DNA of 64,000 nt, from contig JAUWOR010000008.1 of the NCBI GenBank assembly GCA_030612025.1, positions 15,792 through 79,791 of the forward strand, given 5' to 3'. A model generated the notes under the pieces. The model was given only the letters and a program-made list of their open reading frames with translations. It searched no databases and was not told the origin of the DNA. Below, in pieces: positions 19,360 to 28,745 of the stretch (within the stretch, counting starts at the first letter, position 1; each line of letters begins with the position of its first letter). A program made the position numbers and the translations under genes. Source of the stretch: Dehalococcoidia bacterium. GTDB lineage: Bacteria > Chloroflexota > Dehalococcoidia > GIF9 > AB-539-J10.

Positions 19360-20229
19360 GTGAATAAAGTAGCTATTATGACTGACTCCATTGCCGCTAT
19401 ACCGCCGGAAATGGCACAAGAATATGGCATCGGAATAGTGCCAGCCCACGTCATCATGGATGGTAAGGATTATCCTGACACAGAAATAGATATGGGAATG
19501 CTCTATGCCCAGCTTGAAGGAAAAGAAAACCTGCCGACAACTTCAGGTGCTACCATAGGGCAATTCTTGCAAGCCTACCAGGAGATGAGCCAGAGGGCAG
19601 AGGCTATCCTGGTTATCACTCTCACTTCAGCTTATAGCGCAACATATGGGGCAGCCGTACAGGCTAGAGAAATAGTTCATGAAAAGCTGCCCAACACCAC
19701 TATTGAAGTGATTGACTCACGCACCGTCGCTGCCGCTCAGCTACTTATTGTTCTTCAGGCAGCCAAGACAGCCGCACAAGGCAAAAGTTTTCAAGAGGTA
19801 ACCAAGGTCGCTAACGACATGATACTCCGAGTAAATGATCTGTCAACGCGAGATACCCTTTTCTACCTGGATAAGGGAGGGCTAGTATATGAGGCTGGTT
19901 CATGGGCTAAAGCTGAATTAAAAAGCACTTTCAGAGCAATTTTGAAGGTCGATGCCTCTACTCAGGGGATAACAAAGCCTGTAGCCAGAGCTAAAACCAA
20001 AACACAAATAATGAACAAGATGGTTGACATAGCCAAGGAAAAAGTCAGAGGCAAGAAATTATATGCTGCCATAGTGCACACCAACGTCCCCGACCAAGCC
20101 GAACAGCTAAGAAAAATGATTCTATCCCAATTCCAGTGTGATGAAATTTATGTTGCTGAAGCCTTGGGAGCGACAGCAGTGAAAAATGGACGCGGGCTCA
20201 TTCACTTTGCATTCTACGGTGGCGACTGA
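19360..20229 (+). CDS. DegV family fatty-acid-binding protein
   Basis: (V)NKVAIMTDSIAAIPPEMAQEYGI.. is a DegV-like N-terminus. The GTG at 19360 has AAGGAGG 5 nt upstream. The longer ORF-track start at 19288 lacks an SD. Confidence 0.75.
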   Translation: MNKVAIMTDSIAAIPPEMAQEYGIGIVPAHVIMDGKDYPDTEIDMGMLYAQLEGKENLPTTSGATIGQFLQAYQEMSQRAEAILVITLTSAYSATYGAAVQAREIVHEKLPNTTIEVIDSRTVAAAQLLIVLQAAKTAAQGKSFQEVTKVANDMILRVNDLSTRDTLFYLDKGGLVYEAGSWAKAELKSTFRAILKVDASTQGITKPVARAKTKTQIMNKMVDIAKEKVRGKKLYAAIVHTNVPDQAEQLRKMILSQFQCDEIYVAEALGATAVKNGRGLIHFAFYGGD

Positions 20230-20234
20230 GCAGG

Positions 20235-20702
20235 TCAGCACTCCATAGGCTGTGTTGATATATCACATATCTGTGGGGCAACCAATTTTGTGATGTCCTG
20301 CACCTTCAGCTTGACTAACCTTGTTCTCGTCCCGCCACCACTCCAGACGCACTCGTTGCTCAAGACCTGTTGATCGAGATATACGGGCAGCCTCTTCTTA
20401 TGTCCCACCGGAGGTATGCCCCCTGTGGGATAGCCAGTAACCTTTTCTGCAATTTCATCTGAAGCAATTTTCACTGATTTTGACTGAGAGCAAGATTCAA
20501 GCTTGTGCCGGCTCACACTGCAGTCAGCCCTCACTATAGCTATTAGCGGCTTTGAATCTTGGTTAACAAAAACAAGAGTTTTTACAATCCTATCTAAAGG
20601 TATGTCAGTAGCCTTGGACGCTTCCAAGGCATGATGGGTAGATTTTTTCTCCACAAATTCAAATTCAACTTTGTTTTGGCGTAGAAACGCTGTTAGATTC
20701 AC
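20235..20702 (-). CDS. YbaK/EbsC-type aminoacyl-tRNA deacylase domain protein
   Basis: 155 aa with VKTLVF.., GYPTGGIPPVGH and similar motifs. Confidence 0.7.
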   Translation of the reverse strand: MNLTAFLRQNKVEFEFVEKKSTHHALEASKATDIPLDRIVKTLVFVNQDSKPLIAIVRADCSVSRHKLESCSQSKSVKIASDEIAEKVTGYPTGGIPPVGHKKRLPVYLDQQVLSNECVWSGGGTRTRLVKLKVQDITKLVAPQICDISTQPMEC

Positions 20703-20785
20703 TCTATACCCTCGAGAAACTATTCTGCTTTATATACTTTCTTGAAGGATATGTCGCCTCCTTCACTGGTAGCTATTGAAGCGTC

Positions 20786-21703
20786 TTACTCACCAAGTCT
20801 GTCTCCTGCTTTCAAATCCACTTGCTCGGCGAATTCTGTACCTGCTATCTTGGGAAAGCCTCCCACTTGCACCCGTTTAACAAGGATGGCCCCATTCATG
20901 GCAGCCACTGTAAATCCCTCTTTAGTAATATTAATAACCTGGCCAGGCAATCCACCCACACCGCCCACAAGTAGTTCTGCGTCAAAAAGTTTGAGCCGCT
21001 TACCCCGAAAATAGGTTATTGCCCCTGGCTGAGGATTAGTGCCCCGAATCAGATTATAGACTCTGGTTACCGGCTGAAGCCAGTTAAGAACAGCATCTTT
21101 TTCAGTGCATAGCCCTTCGTAAGTAGCTTGTGATTCATCTTGGGGGATTCGTGGAGCTATTCCCTTTTTAATCAACTCGATGCTCTCCACTAATGCCTCT
21201 ATTCCCAATGGGAAGAGTTTATCGAAGTAGAGCGAGCCCACAGTATCATCAGGAGAAATCTCTACCTCCCTCTGCAACAGGGTAGGGCCGGTATCTATCC
21301 CTTTATCAGGCCAGAAAATGGTAATGCCTGTCTTAGTCTCTCCATTGATGATAGCCCAGTTAATGGCACTACCACCTCGATGCTTCGGAAGTAACGAGGG
21401 ATGGTATTGGATTGTCCCCAACTTAGGATAGTTTAGGATACTCTCAGGTATGATACTGGTTACATAAGCCATAACATTCAGGTCCGGCTTAAACTTAATA
21501 TACTCGGTATAAACCTCTGGGGCTCGCATTTCTCCTGGCTGAAAGGTTGGTATACCTAATTGAACTGCTAATTCCTTAAGCGGGTTTGTCTTTCTAGGAA
21601 TATCAGGAGAGGTATAAACCCCGACAATCTCCTCTCCCCTTTCGGTCAATGCCTCGAGAACTTTCTGGCCAAGGGCTGCTTGCCCTATTATGACAATACG
21701 CAT
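20786..21703 (-). CDS. formyltransferase, methionyl-tRNA formyltransferase-like
   Basis: 305 aa with the HPSLLPKHRGGSAINWAIINGETKTGITIF catalytic motif and a C-terminal Fmt-like beta-barrel. Confidence 0.7.
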   Translation of the reverse strand: MRIVIIGQAALGQKVLEALTERGEEIVGVYTSPDIPRKTNPLKELAVQLGIPTFQPGEMRAPEVYTEYIKFKPDLNVMAYVTSIIPESILNYPKLGTIQYHPSLLPKHRGGSAINWAIINGETKTGITIFWPDKGIDTGPTLLQREVEISPDDTVGSLYFDKLFPLGIEALVESIELIKKGIAPRIPQDESQATYEGLCTEKDAVLNWLQPVTRVYNLIRGTNPQPGAITYFRGKRLKLFDAELLVGGVGGLPGQVINITKEGFTVAAMNGAILVKRVQVGGFPKIAGTEFAEQVDLKAGDRLGE

Positions 21704-21754
21704 TGCCTACCCTTTCTCATCCTTTAGGGACTCAACATTTTGGCGCTAATGGGT

Positions 21755-21839
21755 TGGTGGGGAAGGGGGGACTCGAACCCCCACGCCTTGCAGCACATGA
21801 TCCTAAGTCATGCTCGTCTGCCAATTCCGACACTTCCCC
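21755..21839 (-). tRNA. tRNA-Leu(TAG), long variable arm, encoded CCA
   Basis: GGGGAAGTGTCGGAATTGGCAGACGAGCATGACTTAGGATCATG..GGGGGTTCGAGTCCCCCCTTCCCCACCA. Anticodon loop CTTAGGA. Confidence 0.85.
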
Positions 21840-21935
21840 AGATACAAAATCACTTAATACAATAGCATTTTATCAGACTTGCCTCAAACAATCGGGACTC
21901 AAAAATGCAAAGATTGTTTGGGAAGCTCGCTTTTT

Positions 21936-22045
21936 GTCATTCTGAACCCTATGGGCGAAGAATCTCTTAATAGACTCTCCGCGGAGTCTGTCCTGAGCGT
22001 TATGAGATCCTTCGCTTCACTCAGGATGACAGCGAAGGACTCAGA
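21936..22045. repeat. REP-like dispersed repeat
   Basis: GTCATTCTGAAC..GCGAAGAATCTC..CCTTCGCTTCACTCAGGATGACAGCGAAGGACTCAG. Confidence 0.6.
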
Positions 22046-22083
22046 TCAACAATTTGCTGTTAATAAACATCCCCAAATGCAAT

Positions 22084-22261
22084 TCCACACCCTTAAGAGC
22101 GCCCTTGTTGTAACCTTCGTCGTGCTCGCTCGGATATTGAGCATATTGTGAGGCTTGGTGGTTGGGAAAGCCCTGATATGGTGCTCAGATATACTCGGTC
22201 AGTGAAGTTTGAGGATAGTTTGAGGGTTTACTGTGGGCTGGAGACTTTATCTAAAACCTAG
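22084..22261 (+). pseudogene. C-terminal remnant of a tyrosine recombinase (phage-type integrase)
   Basis: HTLKSAL.. (box II-like), then after a frameshift DIEHIVRLGGWESPDMVLRYTRSVKFEDSL (LGH-like + RY catalytic Tyr region). No N-terminal part is present. Confidence 0.5.
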
Positions 22262-22579
22262 CCCTTCGCTTCACTTGGAACATAAATGAGAGAGGTTTTT
22301 CGAGAAAGTCATTAACCCCCTTGGACTTGTCTTGGTAGGCTATAGTTTCTTTACCAATCATAATAGTAGCATAAGCGAGCTTTACCTCTTGCGAACCTAG
22401 CATCTTATAGTCTGGGTTGCGTTCGTTAACCTGGACAATTCCGCTCACGAAGCGGCTATGTTGCGAGGGTCCATCTTCAAAAGGAACATCTTGTAAGGCG
22501 ATTCGCATGCCACAAACGAGGTAGTTAGCATAAGGACTAGTCCCAAGACTAGAAGGACGAAATATTTGTTTCTGCTCAT
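22251..22579 (-). pseudogene. lipoprotein gene split by a frameshift near 22505
   Basis: The signal peptide with lipobox MSRNKYFVLLVLGLVLMLTTSFVAC is in one frame. The mature part GMRIALQDVPFEDGPSQ..(85 aa) continues in another frame. Confidence 0.45.
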
Positions 22580-22729
22580 TCCTCCGCCCTCCGTTGTACC
22601 TTCCCCTTGTCCAATTATACCCTTGATGAACCTCAAATAGAAGGCTCTCATTATGTATTTCCCATTCACCTGCTAAAATCTCGCTTGAAGAGACATGTTG
22701 TAGGTTGACTATAGCAAGAGGAATTTACT

Positions 22730-23136
22730 ATGTGGATTCGAGAGCCTGGTAAGGTCACTGACAGGATAGATTTTCCAGGAACACGAAAAAAACTGCCTAT
22801 ATCCGCTTAAAGGTAAAGAGACTGTGATTATTGCATGACTTTTCTCTATATATGGAATCGCTAAGGAAGCTGGCGGCTTATGAGGTAGCGCTATGTGCCT
22901 TTGCCCATCATGGTGTTTTTATCGCTGACCAAGCAAAAAGTATCCTCCCGTAAGGCCCAGAACAGACAGAAAGGTTTAAGGACTACATTATGGAGCAATA
23001 CCAAAAAACAGGTAACCTAGACAAAATAGCACAAAACCTTGCCGCTGAGGCAGCGGAGAAAAACAAAACTCCCTTCCTCAGCCTGGAATTCCAGACCACT
23101 ATTGCCAAGACTGTAATCCGTAGGATATTAGGCTAG
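22730..23136 (+). pseudogene. internally deleted / frameshifted MBL-fold hydrolase remnant
   Basis: N-terminal MWIREPGKVTDRIDFPG.. and C-terminal ..MESLRKLAAYEVALCAFAHHGVFIADQAKSI.., separated by stops and frame changes. Confidence 0.4.
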
Positions 23137-23155
23137 CTTGCCGAATAAACAAGAC

Positions 23156-23464
23156 TCAATATCTTCGACGCCCTCCTCCACCTCCACCTCCACCATAAAA
23201 CCCACCGCCGCCTCCGCGTTCAGTGCGAGGACGCGCCTTGCTAACAGTAAGCTTCTGCTCCCTTAATGGCGTCTCGCTGAGGCCGTCAATCGCTGCCTGA
23301 GCCTCGGTATCTACTGACATCTCAACAAATCCAAATCCCCTGGGTTGGCCAGTATACCTATCTTTGATAATGTTTACCGATGTAACTTGCCCAAAAGCCT
23401 CAAATGCCTGGCGTAACTCCTCTTCAGTAACCTCGGGTGACAAATTACCTACATATATATTCAT
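23156..23464 (-). CDS. RRM (RNP-1) RNA-binding protein with Gly-rich tail
   Basis: MNIYVGNLSPEVTEEELRQAFEAFG..RGFGFVEM (RNP-2/RNP-1 motifs), C-terminal GGGGGFYGGGGGGGGRRR. Confidence 0.9.
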   Translation of the reverse strand: MNIYVGNLSPEVTEEELRQAFEAFGQVTSVNIIKDRYTGQPRGFGFVEMSVDTEAQAAIDGLSETPLREQKLTVSKARPRTERGGGGGFYGGGGGGGGRRRY

Positions 23465-23494
23465 AATATTACCTCCCTTTGCATTTTTATTTTA

Positions 23495-23571
23495 TCACCC
23501 TCACCTTAGTTCCTTCGCTTTGCTCAGGACTAGCATCACCTCCCTTCAAGGGAAAGGCTAGGCGAGGGGTT
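23495..23571. repeat. REP-like dispersed repeat in the RRM gene 5' region
   Basis: CACCCTCACCTTAG..TTCGCTTTGCTCAGGA..CTAGGCGAGGGG with inverted ends. Confidence 0.5.
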
Positions 23572-23652
23572 AAAATACGCTGAATCTTTCCACTTCTGAA
23601 CCTTCGGGGGCTGGGCTCAATTCCAGCCCCTTTGAATCCAGTTACAATCAAC

Positions 23653-23958
23653 CTATTGTCGACTGCCCAATTTAACTTTGTTGTAACACTCACTGCAATA
23701 TACTGGCCTGCCTTCTCGAGGCTCGAAGGGTACCTCACATTCCTTACCACACTCAGCGCATACTGCCGGATACATTTGCCGCCTCAGTCTATCGTCACCA
23801 AAGCTTCTGCGCTGGTTTCTCCTTGCCTCACGGCAGGCAGTGCAACGCTTGGGCTCATTAGTATATCCCTTAGCCGCATAGAACTCCTGCTCCTCAACAG
23901 TAAAGGTAAATGTAGCGCCACAGTCAGAACATTGGAGTGTTTTGTCTGTAAACCCCAT
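23653..23958 (-). CDS. double zinc-ribbon protein (two CxxC..CxxC units)
   Basis: 101 aa: LQCSDCGATFTFTVEEQEFY..KRCTACR and AVCAECGKECEVPFEPREGRPVYCSECY. Confidence 0.75.
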   Translation of the reverse strand: MGFTDKTLQCSDCGATFTFTVEEQEFYAAKGYTNEPKRCTACREARRNQRRSFGDDRLRRQMYPAVCAECGKECEVPFEPREGRPVYCSECYNKVKLGSRQ

Positions 23959-24165
23959 TGGATGACCTCCTTTCTTAATAATATTTGGCTAGAGTCTCGG
24001 TCATCCAACGTCTGTAAATGGAACTAAAGGAATTTTTTCCAGAGAATCGGTAACCTGAACTTATAACCACTGTGATAAGTATATATGTTAATGGTAAAAT
24101 TTGCAAATTAATCAAGCTTGGCCGATGCAGAAACTAAAGTTTTAACTGCAAAACCACCTTGCGGT

Positions 24166-24235
24166 TCTCCCTCCCGCTAGGGGAGGGAGATAGAGGGAAG
24201 GAGAGTTTACCCTCACCTACCCTCTCTTGTAAGGA
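24166..24235. repeat. REP-like repeat with hairpin CTCCCTCC-cgcta-GGGGAGGGAG
   Basis: Shares the CCCTCACC / GGGAGAGG-type modules with 23495 and 34929. Confidence 0.45.
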
Positions 24236-24300
24236 AGAAAAAATTCATTACATGAGAGGGATTTTATAAGATATTATGCGGAACACTATGATTTAGGGAG

Positions 24301-25227
24301 ATGCATAAAGGAAAACTAAAGTCGAAATTCTTGGGATGCTTGATAGGGGCAGCCATAGGTGATGGGCTTGGCGCTTGGCGAGAAGGAAGGAGGATAGCTG
24401 AAAAAGAAGATATTGCCTCCTTAGCTGAGAGGGTGGAAGAGCTAGCTTATACCGATGACACTCACATGACAATCGGTGTGGTGGAATCGCTGATACAAAG
24501 CAGGGGCTTTGATGGAGAGCATATGGCCCAAACTTTTATCAAAAACTATGAAGCTGAGCCATGGCGTGGCTATGGACCAGGGCCACCCAGAGTTTTTAGG
24601 ATGATAAAGAGGGGTGAGCCATGGGATAGTGCCGCAAGCAAAATCTATAGGGGTGGCTCATTTGGAAACGGGTCAGCGATGAGAGTGGCACCAATAGGAC
24701 TCCTATATTCTAATAACCCAGCCAAGTTGAGGGAGATTGCTTACAAATCAAGTTCTATTACCCATTTTCACGAATTAGGCAAGGAAGGAGCAGCCCTCCA
24801 AGCTTATGCTGTAGCCTTAGCCCTGAATACTCCCTCGGATGAAGAAATTGATCGGGAAGCTTTTCTTCTAAAACTCCAGAACTTTGCCCAAACCCAGTTA
24901 TATAAGGAAAAGATAGCCAACACGAAAGAGCTACTGGGCGAGCAAGATAGGGCAAGGGTGGTTGCTGTGCTGGGAAATGGTATAGAGGCGTTAAACTCAG
25001 TGCCAACTGCCATCTATTGCTTCCTAAAGCAGCCGAAATCCTATAAGGATTCAGTGATTTATGCCATAAGCTTAGGCGGCGATACTGATACCATAGCTTC
25101 CATGGCTGGGGCTATCTTAGGAGCCTACCTGGGTATAGAGGCCATTCCACAAGAGTGGAGACTAAAACTCGAAAACAAGGCTTATATCGAAGGTTTAGCA
25201 GAAAGGTTGTGGCAAGCTGCAACGTGA
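24301..25227 (+). CDS. ADP-ribosylglycohydrolase family protein (DraG/ARH-like)
   Basis: GCLIGAAIGDGLGA, YTDDTHMT and GGDTDTIASMAGAILGA motifs. Confidence 0.85.
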   Translation: MHKGKLKSKFLGCLIGAAIGDGLGAWREGRRIAEKEDIASLAERVEELAYTDDTHMTIGVVESLIQSRGFDGEHMAQTFIKNYEAEPWRGYGPGPPRVFRMIKRGEPWDSAASKIYRGGSFGNGSAMRVAPIGLLYSNNPAKLREIAYKSSSITHFHELGKEGAALQAYAVALALNTPSDEEIDREAFLLKLQNFAQTQLYKEKIANTKELLGEQDRARVVAVLGNGIEALNSVPTAIYCFLKQPKSYKDSVIYAISLGGDTDTIASMAGAILGAYLGIEAIPQEWRLKLENKAYIEGLAERLWQAAT

Positions 25228-25265
25228 ATTTTGCCTCACCATGGTACCAAGGACAAAGGGGGCGG

Positions 25266-26246
25266 CTATACATGGAACTCAACTATGTCTCCATCCTGAA
25301 GCACATGTTCCCGGCTGACTCTCTGCCCATCATACTTCCCCGAGCCCCAAACAACAGCATATTTCAATTTGTCTTTAAAATCTTTATGGATAGATTCAGC
25401 AGCGTCCTTCACAGTGCTGCCCATTTTCAGTATTACAGGATCGGTTAAGTCAGCCTTGCCTCCCGGGGTTTTGGTATAAACTCGGAAAATGCCCAGAGCT
25501 TGGTAAATTGTTTCCTTCAATTCCTCTAAGCCAATTCCTTCCCTGGCAGAGACCGAAATCATAGGAAATAATGTGCCATATTGCGAATCTAACCTTTTCC
25601 AGTTGCTGGTCGAACCTTCCATATCATACTTATTGCCAATGAGCAAAATTTTCTTTTGATAGCTCCCTAGAGTTGCTTCTTTAGCATTATCCGTCACGGG
25701 CTCTATTCTGGCCTCTTTTAACTCCTGAAGAGTATTCTCCACCTGGCTTACCGACTCAATACTGAGGTCTACCACAATAGCAATAAGGTCAGCTCCCCTA
25801 AGTGTGTTAGCTAGCAATGTTCGCACATCTCTATGCCCTATAGGTGGCGTATCAACCAGTTGAATCTGGATATTCTCAAAACCCATCATTCCTGGGATGA
25901 GAGTTTGGGTGGTAAAAGGATATGCCGCTATCTCAGGAGACGCCTCGGTGACTGCTGCCAATAGCTGTGATTTCCCCACGTTGGTTGGACCTACTAGTAT
26001 TACTTGCCCAGCTCCTTCCCTTCGAATATAGAAACCTGCTCTTCTGGCTGTAGCATATTTCTTTTCCGCTTCCTGTGATAACCTGGCAATCTTCCGCCTT
26101 AGCCCTGCGTGGAGCTTATCAGTGCCCTTATGTTTGGGCATAATGGCAAGCATGAGTTGCAAAGCCTCAATTTTTTCCTCTGGGTCCTTAGCTAATCTAT
26201 ACTTTTTCTCGGCTTCAAAGTATTGTGGCGGTAAGTTCGCTGGCAT
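25266..26246 (-). CDS. OBG-HflX-like GTPase of the DRG/Rbg type with C-terminal TGS domain
   Basis: GPTNVGKSQLL (G1), DTPPI (G3), NKYD (G4). The C-terminal ..VVWGSGKYDGQRVSREHVLQDGDIVEFHV is TGS-like. Confidence 0.8.
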   Translation of the reverse strand: MPANLPPQYFEAEKKYRLAKDPEEKIEALQLMLAIMPKHKGTDKLHAGLRRKIARLSQEAEKKYATARRAGFYIRREGAGQVILVGPTNVGKSQLLAAVTEASPEIAAYPFTTQTLIPGMMGFENIQIQLVDTPPIGHRDVRTLLANTLRGADLIAIVVDLSIESVSQVENTLQELKEARIEPVTDNAKEATLGSYQKKILLIGNKYDMEGSTSNWKRLDSQYGTLFPMISVSAREGIGLEELKETIYQALGIFRVYTKTPGGKADLTDPVILKMGSTVKDAAESIHKDFKDKLKYAVVWGSGKYDGQRVSREHVLQDGDIVEFHV

Positions 26247-26347
26247 ACACCTATTTTAACACCTTTAAAGGAAGGCAAGTACGGAATATAGACAAACTTC
26301 CTTGCAAGCTGGTATAAATATCCCAACAAGCCATTAAGCAATTTGGA

Positions 26348-27358
26348 TTGACAAATCTTTCCCTATTAGATGCAGCCAAGCTTATCCAGAGGGGAATACG
26401 CAATTATATAACTAATCGCCCCTTAGTAGTCTCTTTCGAGGTGACACTTTCCTGTAATTGCAACTGCCGACACTGTGACCTTGGCGGCATAATAAAAGAC
26501 GAAAAGCAGCTTAAACCAGATGATTATGCTAGGTTAAGCAGACTCCTAAATCCACCCGTGGTGCAAATCTCTGGCGGTGAACCACTTCTACGTAAAGATA
26601 TAGTAGATGTAGTCAAGGCTATCAAACAATCTAAAGGGGTACCCTGCTTAATATTTGTCACCAATGGGGCACTACTAAATGAGGATGTCTATCTACAACT
26701 GCATGAAGCTGGGGTAAACCAGCTTTTAGTATCGCTTGATTTCCCTGATGAACGACATGATGAATTCCGACGGCGACCAGGTCTGGATAAACATCTGGAG
26801 CGAACAATTCCGAAGTTAGCAAGCTTTAGCCACCGGGACATTATTTTGAACACAGCCATAACGAAAGCCAACCTAAAAGATATATTGCCTTTAGCCCAAA
26901 AAGCCATGAATTGGCATGTATTCATATTGTAGAGTGCCTATACTTCACAGCGAACAGGTGACAAGGCTTACTCCGTCAATGATGAGAAGGATTTAGAGCT
27001 TTTGCGTAAAACTATTTATGCGCTGATAGAATTAAAGAGGCATGGCAATCATATAACCAACTCTAAAGCTGTACTTTTAAATACCCTGAAGTTCTTTGAA
27101 CGAGGCTACCGGCCAAATTGTAAGGCTGGTATAAGATTCTTTGTCATAATGCCTGATGGAAGCTTCGTCCCCGGCTCATTGCATCGCAACAAATATTCCA
27201 GTCAAAAAGAAATGATAGAAAGCTTCTCACGAACTAACCAATGTGGTGGCTGTTATGTAGCCATAAGGGCTTATAGCGATCGCTCACTTTGGGGATTATT
27301 GAAAGATACTCCAGCATATGGCAAACGACTTTTCGCTCACCCCAAGGGGATTACATAG
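26348..27358 (+). pseudogene. radical SAM enzyme with C-terminal Cys-containing (SPASM-like) region, interrupted by a single in-frame TAG at 26930-26932
   Basis: CNCNCRHC (CxxxCxxC) and GGEPLL in the first ORF. The second ORF (27002-27358) is in the same frame. The 23 intervening codons (SAYTSQRTGDKAYSVNDEKDLEL) are open. Confidence 0.6.
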
Positions 27359-27388
27359 ATAGGGTGTAACTTAAACCAAAACCCTGAA

Positions 27389-28093
27389 TCACCATAGCTG
27401 GGGCAAGAACCTAAATGCCCCATATCCCAAGTAAGCCTCAACGAGGCACCTAATTAGCCGGCCGGCAAAGCAGGCAAGGATAAACTTCCACAGAGGAAAC
27501 TTAGCTGACCCGGCAACAATCCCGATGAGGTCAAAAATAAGTACCGGCAACAAGGCAAAAAGGAAGATGGCAAAGCTCCCATACCTCTTCATCCAGAATT
27601 CAGCCTTGTTGTATTTTTCTGAATATTTATCGAGGATTATCTTTCTCCCCAAATAGCCAACAACATAGCTGCTCAGTTCCCCTAAAGTAGCACCTGCCGC
27701 AGCTACCACTCCAAGCAATAAGGGATCGAATAACGGTTCTAAAGTTAAGGGATCTAAAGCTGCTCCTGCCCCTATTATGACTGCTTCCCAGGGAAGGGGG
27801 AAAAGAATAGTGACGCAACTAAGAGATACCAAAAATATTCCGAGATAGCCATAAGCCAGAAATTTCTCCAAATCCAGATAAGAGCGGGCAAGGAAAAAAA
27901 TCGCTGCGGATAAAGCAAAGACCAAAATAAAAGCTGATATTTGGAAAGACTTGCGAGTTACAACTTTCTCCCGAAGGAATTGAACTTTGGAAGCAATGCT
28001 CATCTTGCCCAAACTATACCACACCTTTTTTCGTTTTCCTGCCAATGGTGTGCCAAATACCTCATTTGCTATATAAGAGACTTGAGCCATCAC
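27389..28093 (-). CDS. DedA/YqaA-type (VTT domain) membrane protein
   Basis: 234 aa, multi-TM, with a LGELSSYVVGYLGRK-like motif. Confidence 0.65.
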   Translation of the reverse strand: MMAQVSYIANEVFGTPLAGKRKKVWYSLGKMSIASKVQFLREKVVTRKSFQISAFILVFALSAAIFFLARSYLDLEKFLAYGYLGIFLVSLSCVTILFPLPWEAVIIGAGAALDPLTLEPLFDPLLLGVVAAAGATLGELSSYVVGYLGRKIILDKYSEKYNKAEFWMKRYGSFAIFLFALLPVLIFDLIGIVAGSAKFPLWKFILACFAGRLIRCLVEAYLGYGAFRFLPQLW

Positions 28094-28218
28094 GTAAAAG
28101 AATTCATTTAAGTAGCCTAGCTATGATACAATAGTCTCACTACGGTCAAGCTGAATTTAAGCTAATAAAAAGGAGGCCTGAGGTAAGGTGGAGATATTCC
28201 ATCCCCATAATTGTAAGC

Positions 28219-28599
28219 TTGGTGATTTCGTTTGGTTGTGCCCCACAGGGGGTTGGACCACCGCTGACTGGCGAAGAAACGAAGCGGATAATCGAGGTAG
28301 AAGCTGCTGACCAAACATTGCTTTACCGATGTCAATCTATCTGGTCGGCGGAGAGGTTCTCAGAACTCTCAGAGAATGACTTAAAAGCAAGATTCAAAGA
28401 AAAATATAACGTAGATGCTCGGGAATTTAAATTCTCCTTTGAGCCAGCAAATCACTCAACTGTAACCAAGTGCAATATTTATGGCACTATTACAAAAAGT
28501 AGGAATAGTTATACAGCTGACTTACTTTGGTTTTTGAGACCTCTCGGGTTAGACTTTATCAATGACGCTTTTGAGGAATCCAACCATGGGCTTTCCTAG
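28219..28599 (+). CDS. hypothetical (possible lipoprotein); both ends uncertain
   Basis: TTG start gives MVISFGCAPQG. The frame is open upstream (RWRYSIPIIVSLVISFGC looks like a fuller signal peptide) but has no canonical start there. The TAG at 28597 is followed by 43 further open in-frame codons. Confidence 0.45.
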   Translation: MVISFGCAPQGVGPPLTGEETKRIIEVEAADQTLLYRCQSIWSAERFSELSENDLKARFKEKYNVDAREFKFSFEPANHSTVTKCNIYGTITKSRNSYTADLLWFLRPLGLDFINDAFEESNHGLS

Positions 28600-28745
28600 A
28601 AGGGATGTGTCAATGGTATTCCAATGAGTATTGAGGTTAAGTGCCCACCACAAGACTGTGTCTATGAGGCTTGGCAACGTCCAGTTGGCCACTGCCATGG
28701 ACATATATGGTGGCCAGTCTCTTCTGAATAAAGTTAAGGGGAAAA

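Noticed and set aside
23600-23632. GGGGCTGG-gctcaatt-CCAGCCCC hairpin as an intrinsic terminator for the zinc-ribbon gene.
   Set aside because: On the transcribed (minus) strand the hairpin is not followed by a U-tract. It may still be a structural element, but it is not a convincing rho-independent terminator.
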